A program made the translations under genes and the position numbers. Of a stretch of DNA of 64,000 bases, positions 34,379 to 44,804 are shown in pieces. The notes under the pieces are model-generated. The model was given only the letters and a program-made list of their open reading frames with translations. It was not told where the DNA came from and did no database searches. The number at the start of each line of letters is the position of its first letter. The first letter of the stretch is position 1. The stretch comes from a virus. Lineage: Duplodnaviria > Caudoviricetes. The stretch is from positions 38,437 to 102,436 of the IMG/VR virus record IMGVR_UViG_3300035497_000313, one strand, 5' to 3'.

Positions 34379-34933
34379 TTATTTATGCATTATATATGAT
34401 TTCAGCGCATTTAATTTTAGTATCAAATATTTCTCTTACATGTTCTTGCCACACAGCTAATGAAAATGTATCAACAGAATCTAACTTCTTTAAAAGCTTT
34501 TTAACGGCTTTTATAATGTCCTCTACGTCAGTGGGAATAACAATAGTTTTTACATTCCCGTCTGTATCTATATCAAGTATTCTTGTTTCTGCCTCTATAT
34601 CATCGGTGAATACTCCGATATAATGGTATCTAATTACTTTCTTCTTTTGTTCAAAACCTCTTAACCAAAAATTTCTGTATTCTGGAACTTGAATAGAATT
34701 TTGTTCAACGTTATCTAATTTACGTTCATATGCGATAATTTCTGACATTATTTATATCTCCTATATGTTGTTTCTATATTTATAGTATAACACAATATAT
34801 TATAAAAGTAAACTGTTTGAATGAACAAATTTTAACTTTTTTATAAAAAATTAGTTGTCAACCAGTACCTTTTAAGTACTTAAATTAACAACTAATTTTT
34901 GTTAAACAAAAAGATATAAAAAATGAAACTAAG

Positions 34934-35007
34934 TGGTCGAAAACGTCAGACTTGCACTGCGACTCAACATCCCAAATGTTGCGTGTTGCTATTACACTAC
35001 GTTCTCG
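34934..35007 (-). tRNA. tRNA-Pro(TGG), atypical T arm
   Basis: Acceptor stem CGAGAAC/GTTTTCG, anticodon loop TTTGGGA, encoded CCA; T loop TGCAAGT with an imperfect stem. Confidence 0.7.
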
Positions 35008-35189
35008 GTTTGTCTGTCTTTCCAGACTGCCAACCACTATTTGTCGAAGGATTTTTCTTTACTTGCTTTTTCTTCACCCTTGAAAAGCTCTAAGAAAACT
35101 AGGTGGAGTTTCGACACCAAAACAGTCTCCCAAAGTGACTGGCATTTAAAACAACAGATAATTTTATTGTGTACACTCTGTTGCAGGGA

Positions 35190-35266
35190 TGGTCGATGTA
35201 GTGGGATTTGAACCCACAGAACTCGGATTTTAAGTCCGATACCTATGCCAATTCGGTTACACATCG
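35190..35266 (-). tRNA. tRNA-Leu(TAA) with short variable loop
   Basis: Cloverleaf, loop CTTAAAA, GGTTCAAATCCC, A73, CCA. Confidence 0.85.
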
Positions 35267-35428
35267 GTTATGTAAGAGACACACCAACTCTTACTCTACT
35301 CTACCTATGAGCTTATAGGACACGCTGTACCATAGCCAAGTAGTTCACTTTCCTATTCATGTGATTTAAATAAATCCCTATTTTGTTTTAGTCGTAACAG
35401 GTAACCTGACTTACTCGCATAAGCGAAT

Positions 35429-35512
35429 TGGTGGACTGAAAGGGTGTCGAACCCTTGTCTTTAGCAACTCCATTTGTTGGGTTAAATGCTAAATCGAACC
35501 GTCTATCAGCCC
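35429..35512 (-). ncRNA. tmRNA-like RNA reduced to the tRNA-like domain
   Basis: GGGCTGA/TCAGTCC acceptor stem with G3.U70, A73, CCA; stemless D loop ending GGTTCGA; GAC linker and canonical T arm; no tag ORF. Confidence 0.7.
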
Positions 35513-35651
35513 GAACTACTTAAATAATCCTTTCCACATACAATCTATACTTAGGTTAATATAGCTATGCCTCTCATATCTGTGTACACAGTCTTCCATC
35601 AAGAAGCGATTATTTAAGCGTTTACTAGTAAATTTGTTGATTAACCAACAA

Positions 35652-35726
35652 TGGCTGAGGTGGCTGGACTTGAACCAACGAATGTCAGAATCAAAATCTG
35701 ATGCCTTGCCACTTGGCTACACCTCA
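35652..35726 (-). tRNA. tRNA-Gln(TTG)
   Basis: Canonical cloverleaf, U1-A72, G73, CCA. Confidence 0.92.
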
Positions 35727-35856
35727 ATGATAAGTAGCTTAACGCACTACTTGAGAGGAGTCATTTCTCCCTATACGGCAGGTTGCAACTCGTAGACTCA
35801 TCTGCGGTATAATTTTTGGAAATTATACAAACCTTAGCAAGAAGCTATCTTGCATT

Positions 35857-35943
35857 TGGCTCCACTTATAGGACTTGAACCTATAACCTAATCTGCTTGG
35901 ATTAATGATACGTATCACGCTCTACCTATTGAGCTAAAGTGGA
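35857..35943 (-). ncRNA. tRNA-like RNA lacking a canonical anticodon loop
   Basis: Perfect acceptor, D and T arms and CCA; central region is two small hairpins with 2-4 and 6 nt loops. Confidence 0.65.
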
Positions 35944-36663
35944 ATAATTATAATGGAGATTCTTTATCTAAATTAATATAATCTTCGTAACTTCTCCAAC
36001 TATTATATCCATAAGGCTTAACAAAAATTCTCATAATATTATAGTAGTATTCAATTAACTCCTCATCTAATGGTTTCTGTGTAGATACATAATTACATAA
36101 ATATGTCATATCTTTTAATAAAGAATGTGAATTTGTTAATATATGATAATCTTTATCTTTATTTTGATATGCTTTAGTACAATAATGTAATAATCTATCT
36201 GTACAATTTGTATAACCATTTGTTGCATCTATCTTGGCAGTCCATTTATTTAACTTTTGAACTATTTCAGATTCACTATCAAATTTTGGAGGAGCATTTT
36301 TAAGTTTTCCATCCCAATAATATAAATATAACATTTTAATCCTCTTCGCCATCAATCATACTAAACAACAAGTCTGTTAATTTTTCACTTGCTTCGTCCG
36401 CATCTGAAATAAGCACACTATCTAAAACTTTAGACCGCATATCAATAGGCAATTTATAAAGTGATTCATTTACACGCACAGCTAAATAAGCTCTACCTTG
36501 ACAATAATAATCATCACAAAATTTTATTATTTTGTCACCTAACTCTATTTCGTTAAAGCTTTCGTTTATCCCAAATTCTTTTCCGCAAAATAAACATTTA
36601 CTCACATTTATGTCCTTCTACATTTATATTATATACCATTACTTCTAAAATTTGAACTAAATT

Positions 36664-37686
36664 TTAATTTATTTCGTGTACAAGTATTCTGATATGTAAT
36701 CTTTGTATATTATACCCACCTGCATAAATACTTTCAACAGAAGCTCTACCTAATTTACCTTCTACATAACCATTTAAAACAGGTCTATTATATGAACCCA
36801 TTTTTGCTTCCACATTCGACCAATCTGTTATATCACCAGTAATATGCTTAACACGTCTTATAAGGTCTAAAATTAGGCTCTTAGAGGCTTCTACGTTAGT
36901 GCTATGTATCTTTTCTTCTGTCGTATCAATTAGGTCTCTATCGGCTCTTGTATAGTGCTTATAGAACTCTTTATAACCTAATTCTCTATATGCTTTAGTA
37001 GCCTGTTCTTTTCTTTTTAAATCATATTCATCCCATCTACTTACTAACTCATTCTGCAATGTTTTTAGTGCTTCTGGAAGTTCGTTTATAGTTTCTTCAT
37101 CTGCTGTTACTGTAACAAGTTGAGAATTATAACCTTCTAAAGACTTTTCAAGTTCCTTAATTTCTTTTTGTAAATGAGTAACGTTATCATTTTCATTAAA
37201 AATTATTAAAATTTAATAAAAATATTTGTTAAAATAAATTTATTTTAACTGGGTTAAACGCAAACCCTCTACTAATTATTTGAAAAATTCAAAATTACTA
37301 AATTCTTTTTATAAAAAATATTTAAATTTTATCGTTTATAATGAAAAATTTGTTTAATTTACATTATTTAAAATTTGCTTAATAAAATTTAATTTTTTTT
37401 AATATTATTTAATGTTTTGACATATTATATCCTGTTTAAGATAACTTATATCCCAAATTAACCAAGCCGCTTCAAGTTTAATATTATAAACTTCTTTAGA
37501 ATCCGAATCAACAGTAAAACCCATTTTATTTAATTGACTTGTTTTCTTTTCAATTAAAAGGGTTTTCTTTTCTATTGTGGATTGTTTCTTTTCAATTTTA
37601 GCTTTTGCACTATTAATTCTATCTTGTAAAGTTTCTAATTTCATTTTGACAACCTCTGTATCTTTATTACAGTTATAGTATAACAC
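36664..37686 (-). pseudogene. coiled-coil phage protein gene interrupted by the IS derivative
   Basis: ORF 37686 stops inside the element; reading frame resumes (THLQKEIKELEK...) into 37059-36664. Confidence 0.7.
37181..37429 (-). mobile_element. non-autonomous TnpB-associated IS derivative, copy 2
   Basis: Highly similar to 14561-14799; inserted inside a gene. Confidence 0.7.
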
Positions 37687-37723
37687 TATAAGATAAAGTT
37701 GTCAAGCATTTTTATAAACTTTT

Positions 37724-38134
37724 TTATAATTTTCTGTAATCTGGAATTGGTAAATCGATTGAAAGTTTAGTTACTCCTGGAAGTGCGTTCCAATCATCTA
37801 TTGCCCTTTCCCAATAAGTTCTACCAAACCTATCGCCGTCTACCTTTAATTGTAAAGTCTTATACAATGCTTCTTTTTCATCATTAGTTAATTTAGCGGT
37901 TTGTGTTTTTGAATCATAGTACTCGGCTTTTTCAAAATATATTCTTCCACTAACATCCTTTTTACCTTGTTTTTTAAAAAAGTGAAAATGTGGAGGATTA
38001 TGTTCGTTTCTGGACTTAATACCATAAAATACAGAACCAATATCCTCTATTCTTGCCATCTCACATAAATATTGTTCATTTAATACATTTCTTTTATTTA
38101 ATTCTTGTAAATCTTTTAACAATTTCTCGTACAT
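37724..38134 (-). CDS. DUF4160-like protein
   Basis: MARI...NEHNPPHFH motif. Confidence 0.6.
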   Translation of the reverse strand: MYEKLLKDLQELNKRNVLNEQYLCEMARIEDIGSVFYGIKSRNEHNPPHFHFFKKQGKKDVSGRIYFEKAEYYDSKTQTAKLTNDEKEALYKTLQLKVDGDRFGRTYWERAIDDWNALPGVTKLSIDLPIPDYRKL

Positions 38135-38300
38135 AGCACAACTCCCTTATATAACAAAACCTTTCCGCTACTTTATGGGTCGAGCATATTTCACGGAAAG
38201 GATTGTAAACAAATTATTAAAAAACAATAAATAACTAACTCGACCTTAACTATTTATCTATTTATAGTATAACACAAGAATTTTAATTTGTAAAGTATTT

Positions 38301-39048
38301 TTACTGTAATTTAGTTAATTTTTTAACAGATAGATTGTGTTTTTCTAAATCTAATTTTGATATTTTATATTTAGGTTTTGATGATTCTTCTGCAAACCAT
38401 TTATTACCCAATTCAAAATAATTCTTGTCAATCTCACACCCAATATAATGTCTATTTAATCTATAACAAGCTATTCTCAAACTCTGACTACCAGCAAACG
38501 GGTCTAAAATAGTATCACCCTCTTTTGTATAAAAGTTTAACAGCATACTCCAAAGTTGTGTAGGTTTCTGTGTAGGATGAAATCTATTATCTTTATGTTG
38601 TCTATCATCTTGTAGCATACCATTGTACATATAATTAAATACTCTTGCTACACCTTTACTACACCAAGCAAGCTCACAATCTCCGTAGTCATTTCTATCT
38701 GCCTTAGAAGGCAATCGTTTATCCCAAACAACCCAACCTTTTGTAGGTGGTAAAATATCCGTATAGTAACTCCCACCAAAAATTAATTGATTATCACTAC
38801 ACTTTTGCATAAGCTCAAAGTATGTACTACCTATACGCTCACTATCCCAATTAGTCTCTTCGTAAAACCTATGTTTTGCCTTAGCTTCTCCGCATTGTTG
38901 CCCACCCTTTTTTGACATAAAATTGTCAGCTTTTATACCATAAGGCACATCGGTAATTACCCAATCTACTTTAATCCCCCCCCCCAACCATATAATCTAA
39001 CAGCTCTTTACAATCACAATTATAAACTGTATCTAATTTATATTCCAT
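38301..39048 (-). CDS. N6/N4 DNA methyltransferase (beta class), frameshifted at G10 (38976-38985)
   Basis: TDVPY, HPTQKP, ILDPFAGS; ATG 39048 MEYKLDTVYNCDC... is in frame with G9, not G10. Confidence 0.85.
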
Positions 39049-39080
39049 TATTATATACCTTTAATTTTCCTCTGTCTTAA

Positions 39081-40518
39081 CTAATTATTTACTATTTCTT
39101 CTGCAACTTCGGTAATTTTTGTTCTATATTCAATACCTATTAATTCTCCAAAAATAGCCATTAAACAAGTAGTTACAATTGAATCACCAGCTAAATGATA
39201 TGCACTAGACATTGACTGATTTTTCGCTATCTTCTCGAAGTCATCGTCTTTTACACCCATTAAGCGAAAGCACTCACGCTCTGTCAATTTTCGTACACGC
39301 ATTTGTGGGTCAATTATCCTATTATTGTGTTTAGGTGAATTTCCGTCTGTGGTTAATGTACCGACACATTCGTCTTTTCGTATATATCCGTTTTGTTCGT
39401 CAAATGCCAATGACTCTGCAATTTTTATCTCATGTCCACCACCGCAACAAGTATTTATTGTAGGGGAAATGCCATTTTTTGAATATACTCTTCTACTACT
39501 TTCTATCATTTTATCGTATTTACTGTTGCTTAACATTCCCAACATATTACATTTTACAAAATTTCCAGTCCAATTTTGATTTCCAACCGCAGTAATTGCT
39601 GATTTTGCGTATTCTGTTTCATCATTCAAAAGTTGCGTATATTTTCCAATGCGTTTATTTATATATAAAATAGCATTATCAGAAAGATAGTACTTATCGT
39701 CAACTTGTTTATCTAAAAAATATTTAAGTTTATAGTCAAGGATGTTTTCTTTTGGAAATGTATATGTATAATCGCAAAGAATACTAACCATAAAGCAACG
39801 TGCTCTATTTTGTGGTATATTAAAATCTTTTGCATTTAGAACTTTACAGTAATTTATATAACCAAGCTCTTGTAATCTATTCGTCCATATAGAAAAATCT
39901 TCTATACAATTAGAACCAATAACCTGTGGAACATTCTCCATAATTAGAACTTGAGGTAATTCTTTCAGCTCGTAAAGTATTCTGTCAACTTCCCATAATA
40001 AACTGCTCCGTGTTCTGCTGTCTTTCGTCATTCCTAAACCTTTACCAGCAATAGAAATATCTTGACAAGGGAAAGAATAAGTCACTATGTAACAATACTT
40101 ATCTGTATCTGTTATTTCAAGTTGCCCCCCCGATTTGGGTTATATTTACTAAATTATGAGTTGCCTTTATATTGTTATAAATATTTCTGCGTATTTTCTC
40201 GTTATACCTTGCTATTTGCGGTCTTTCAAGCGGTTTATTATAATCGGCAGAAATGCCACAGTTAAACAGTTCGTCCGTTACTTGTTCGCTTGTTAATTCT
40301 TTTGAGTAGTCGGTGTTATCGTCCGAAAAATGCAAATCTTTATAGGCTTGTATTGACTTAATTGCCCACTCACTTATATGCCAATCTTCAAACGGCACAC
40401 CTAAGTATTTCAAGGCAAGTGCTTGACTACCATATCCGCTGAATAACTGAATAAGTCTTATCGGCTTATCAATCTTAAATTTCTTCTGTTTAAAATACTC
40501 TAATTGTTTTACTTTCAT
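39081..40518 (-). CDS. C5 cytosine DNA methyltransferase, frameshifted at G7 (40125-40131)
   Basis: Motif I LFSGYG in the upstream ORF; FPCQ, ENV, QNRAR and GDS in the downstream ORF; G6 or G9 joins them. Confidence 0.85.
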
Positions 40519-42298
40519 ATATTTTTAGTTAATTTTTTAATGTCTAAATCTGGTTTTCCATCTCTTATTAGATATGCAATGACGTGTAAATCTTTCGCTT
40601 TAAAACAATCACATATACATTCTAACCGTCTAAATGCACTATTATAATCCATTTTAGAAGTATCTACATTAACACCAACTAAATAAACGCTATCGCATTT
40701 TTCTAGTTTTTGTATTGCAACTTCTGCGTTTTCGTATATCTGTTTATCTATACTATTTACATCTTCTACTTTAATTTCCATTTTTATTCCTTATTCCTAC
40801 AATTATGACAAGTGTAATGGTCTATTCCTGTACGTTGTCTTAAATTACCATAACAAAATACTACGCAACTTCTATTATTTAAATTGTAATAGTCATAAAT
40901 AAGTTCCTTGTATTCAGTTTTATTTATGCACTGGTCTAACATTACAATTACACCGTAGTTAATAAATTCACCGTTATCTGTATAGTTTGGGTCAACCATT
41001 ATTCTTCCACGAGGAAAGTAATCATAATCAACTTCTTTTCCGTCTACTTTATATTTATCTCTAAATAAATTCCAAGTGTTTTCGTGAGTTTTGCCGTCCA
41101 ATTCGTATCTGTATCCGTATCTCGGAACTTCTGCGGTTATCCCAACTACTTTATTATCAATTATCCAAAAATAACCTTCTAATGGATTTGTAGAGCTTTC
41201 TTGTAATGTTATCATTCGATTACGTCATCCAAATCAGTTTTATTTTTCTTTATATCTTCTCTTATTATTCTCTTGAAATAAGGTATAACTTCACCTTGTG
41301 CAGTAATATGCTCTATAATATCAGCATCAGTAGTTTTATTAAATCTCACATTATAACACTTTACAGTATTTTGAACGTATGCCTTTTGCGCTTTTGTTGT
41401 AGATTCTTTATACTTTTTCCATTTACTACATGGGACTTCCTCTTTATTATTTAACTTCTTTTTTACATTATTCGCCATCCTAATTAGCTCCTATTTTTTA
41501 TTATTTTCTTTGTATTACTAATCTTTGGTAATATCTGACGTATATTATCTGTTACATATACATCATCATATTTAAAATCTACTGGTGTAGGTTTTCCATT
41601 TAATGTAATTATTACTTTAATAACTTTATCGGAAATTTCTGTCACTACACCACGTAAATATTGTGTCTTTTTAAATTGGTCTGCATGAGGGTCATCACAA
41701 AGTTTTTTTGTGTATTTCACATAAACAGTTGAACCCACACAAGGAGTCATCTGCTGTAACTGAAAATTCTTAAGCGATAACTCTGTTATTACACCACGAA
41801 GTTTATTATATGCTTTTTCTAGTTTATCATAATCAAGTATTTTACGAATAATATGTTTTCCGTTTGGTTTATCTTTCTTAAAATCTGAAATTATTTTTTT
41901 AGATTCTTCGTACATATTTGCGTAATTAAGCATCTCGTTCTCAAAGTTATCCATTTTAGCACACACTAATTTTGCTTTTTCGTGTACGTACTTCAACTGC
42001 CCTCTTATTTTTAGTAACGCTCTTCCGTTTTCTGTATTACTGTTTACCGACTTTGGAATTAAACTATGTATACCATTTATGTATCCAATTAAATCTTTTG
42101 CATCTTCGTCTACCGACTTCTTTCTATTTGCGTAACTACAATTTACAGTTGTCGGTATTTCTTCTATCTCTGATTTTTCTATATCTTCACATTCGATTAT
42201 GGATATAAGTGAATTTAACTTATATCCATAATCATAACCATTTTTTACAACGAATGATTGTAGTTTATTTCTCATGTTATTTCCCTATTCCTAAGTTC

Positions 42299-43504
42299 TT
42301 AGGCTACAATTTTACATCTTGTGAGTTCTGTTTGCTTTTCATCCCTAAATTCATTGTGTGCTTTAATTGTGCCTTTTATGTTATATGTTTTGTTATCTTC
42401 TAATTCTAAATCTTTACTTGTTTTCCAAATAAATGTATTGCCATTATTTGTAATCTTATAAATAATTACCATACCAAAGTCTGTATCGTAACTTGAAATT
42501 CTTTTAATTTCACAATTATTTAATTCTATCTTGTCACCAACATTTCCTACATATTCAGAAGTCAAACCCGCTATTCTTTTTGCTTGTTCTTCTCTTTTCT
42601 GTTTAACTACTATACAAGAAGTAATTAAACCAATTCTTTTATTATCAACATAACCACTTTCAATTAACAACTTTACATTTGAATCATAAATGCTATCAGC
42701 TTCCACGTTATGCCAATAAGTCTTAACTTCTTCTACATCTTTTAATGTTTTATCATTCTTTACGAATTTAAAACCTTTATATTCCTCTTCTGATATTTTA
42801 CCGTCTAATATATACTCTTTTACTATTCTAGAAGTACAGTCGGAATTTTCGCATACAAACATATTATCTGTATTATAGTTAATTCTTGCTTTATATCCGT
42901 AACCATTTATTATTTGTATAGCTACCGCTAACACGTCATTAACATTGTGATATTCTTGTGTATGTCCTTCAGATATTTCTTCAAATGTAGCTAACTCTTC
43001 AAATTGTGCTAAAAATGCTACATATCTTTCGGCATCCATACCTGTAAAATTAGATAAACAAGACGAACCAATTTGTTTAGTTTCATTTGTTTCTTCGTTT
43101 AATAACACATAACTATATTTACGATATTGCTTAGTGTTACAATGTTCGCATTTAATTTCAACATTCGTATAGTTATTTAATAAGTTTTCGTAATTAAAAT
43201 TAAAGCAAGTAACTAAGTTTTGATTATTTGTAACTCTTTCAAGTTTACCTATAATCTTCCAACCATTAATTTGTGCTTTACCTTCAACATTAACATTTAT
43301 AAATCTACGATACTTTGCACATCCGTACTCATTCAAATAAGGAACAAATTCATCATTGAGTTTTTCGTAAACTATTTCAACATTAAGCTTAGCAAATCTT
43401 CTTCTAAGTTGTTCAATCTTTTTATCAAGTCTTTCAATGTTGGCTTCGTAAATTTTATAATTCATATGTAACTCCAAATCTTTTTTGTATTTATAGTATA
43501 ACAC
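42299..43504 (-). CDS. phage protein with Zn-binding motif and C-terminal OB-like domain
   Basis: CEHC...QIGSSC; SEYVGNVGDK...KQTELTRC. Confidence 0.5.
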   Translation of the reverse strand: MLYYKYKKDLELHMNYKIYEANIERLDKKIEQLRRRFAKLNVEIVYEKLNDEFVPYLNEYGCAKYRRFINVNVEGKAQINGWKIIGKLERVTNNQNLVTCFNFNYENLLNNYTNVEIKCEHCNTKQYRKYSYVLLNEETNETKQIGSSCLSNFTGMDAERYVAFLAQFEELATFEEISEGHTQEYHNVNDVLAVAIQIINGYGYKARINYNTDNMFVCENSDCTSRIVKEYILDGKISEEEYKGFKFVKNDKTLKDVEEVKTYWHNVEADSIYDSNVKLLIESGYVDNKRIGLITSCIVVKQKREEQAKRIAGLTSEYVGNVGDKIELNNCEIKRISSYDTDFGMVIIYKITNNGNTFIWKTSKDLELEDNKTYNIKGTIKAHNEFRDEKQTELTRCKIVA

Positions 43505-43627
43505 TATATAATCTAAAAGTCAACTAAATTTAAGAAGTTTTTTTATAAAAAAATAAAAAGTTCCAAGTATTTTTTACAAGGAACTTTTTATTTTGGCTTC
43601 AAAGAAATAACCCACGGAGGATGAAAA

Positions 43628-44218
43628 TTAGCTAATTTTACTTGCAGAAACTTCATACACAATTCTTTTTATATTATTGTGCATCATATATTCTCTACTT
43701 TGTACTCTACCAACTATGTCTATATGACTTCCAACTTGTAATTCTTTACAATCTTCTGCTAAATAATTCCAAGCTATTACAGGTATACACATACTACCGT
43801 ATTCTTCATCTTGTACAGTACAAATAATATCTAATATTTTTCTTGTAACTGTTTCCCTTAATTTAACAGGTTTAAAGACATAGCCAGATATAACTATTTT
43901 ATTAAAATCGTGTCTGTAATAGTCTAAAACATTTGTTACTAGTACAAATACTTCCATTCGTATATTGTCATCACCGTCTGTAAGTGATTTAATTGGTAAA
44001 CAAATTAATCTACCGTTTACTGTAATTTTATTATTTTCAATAAACTTATCTTTTATTGTATCATCAAATATTAATCTAAGTGTATCACTACTCTCAAATT
44101 TTCTTTTTATTTTTAAATCACAAATGTTTAATTCTTTTTCTTGTAATTCAATTTTACCAATGTTTAAAACTGTTCCACTTAAGGACAATTCATTAGTATT
44201 CTCTACTGTTTCACTCAT
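43628..44218 (-). CDS. tandem OB-fold SSB (paralog of 32912-33565)
   Basis: CIPVIAW, GRVQSREY, YEVSAS. Confidence 0.7.
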   Translation of the reverse strand: MSETVENTNELSLSGTVLNIGKIELQEKELNICDLKIKRKFESSDTLRLIFDDTIKDKFIENNKITVNGRLICLPIKSLTDGDDNIRMEVFVLVTNVLDYYRHDFNKIVISGYVFKPVKLRETVTRKILDIICTVQDEEYGSMCIPVIAWNYLAEDCKELQVGSHIDIVGRVQSREYMMHNNIKRIVYEVSASKIS

Positions 44219-44804
44219 TCTTACTACCTCTATTACGCAAATCTTCTATTATCTGTTGTTTTTGTTCGTCTGTTAATAATTTCATATCATCGTTGTATTC
44301 TAATGTTAAGTTATCTTTATCAGCAATATAAATTCCACATAAAATATCATAAAGTTTTTGAAATTCTACTGCTATCTTTCCACTTAGCTTAACACTAACA
44401 CATTTAGCATCATTTGTTGGCATTTGGTAAAATACGTCTATAACATTGTATCTTATACACATATATTCTTTATCACAACTGCTACAACTTTGTACTGCAA
44501 ATCTTGGTTCGTATACCTTATTTATAATTGGGTTAATATAAGTTGTACATTTGCCATTGCAGTTAATAACAAATAATCTTTTATTTATTCCAACTTGTGG
44601 TGCTGCTATACCTTGTACAACATTATCGTTACGAACGAATTTTTTAAGTTTAGCTATACATTCTAACATTCCACCATACTTAATTTCTGATTTTACATCA
44701 ACTTCTACGCTGGGTGTATGTAACTGTTCTATATAGTCTAAATCTTCTACGTTTCTTATTTTATAATCCCAATTTTTAGGTATTAAATTTCTATTCTTTT
44801 TCAT
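44211..44804 (-). CDS. peptide deformylase-like protein, probably catalytically dead
   Basis: GIAAPQVG and INP intact; EGCLS replaced by QSCSS; HExDH replaced by KLYDI. Confidence 0.7.
   Translation of the reverse strand: MKKNRNLIPKNWDYKIRNVEDLDYIEQLHTPSVEVDVKSEIKYGGMLECIAKLKKFVRNDNVVQGIAAPQVGINKRLFVINCNGKCTTYINPIINKVYEPRFAVQSCSSCDKEYMCIRYNVIDVFYQMPTNDAKCVSVKLSGKIAVEFQKLYDILCGIYIADKDNLTLEYNDDMKLLTDEQKQQIIEDLRNRGSKNE

Larger units (their letters stand above)
14842..34748 (-). other. dense array of small accessory hypothetical genes
   Basis: Dozens of tightly packed 60-280 aa minus-strand ORFs with GGAG SDs, interspersed with repeated promoters. Confidence 0.85.

Noticed and set aside
35100-35145. 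Possible extra tRNA-Pro fragment (CAGTC-ACTTTGGGA-GACTG)
   Set aside because: No acceptor stem, D arm or CCA could be built
35037-35264. 75-aa minus-strand ORF
   Set aside because: Overlaps tRNA-Leu; spurious
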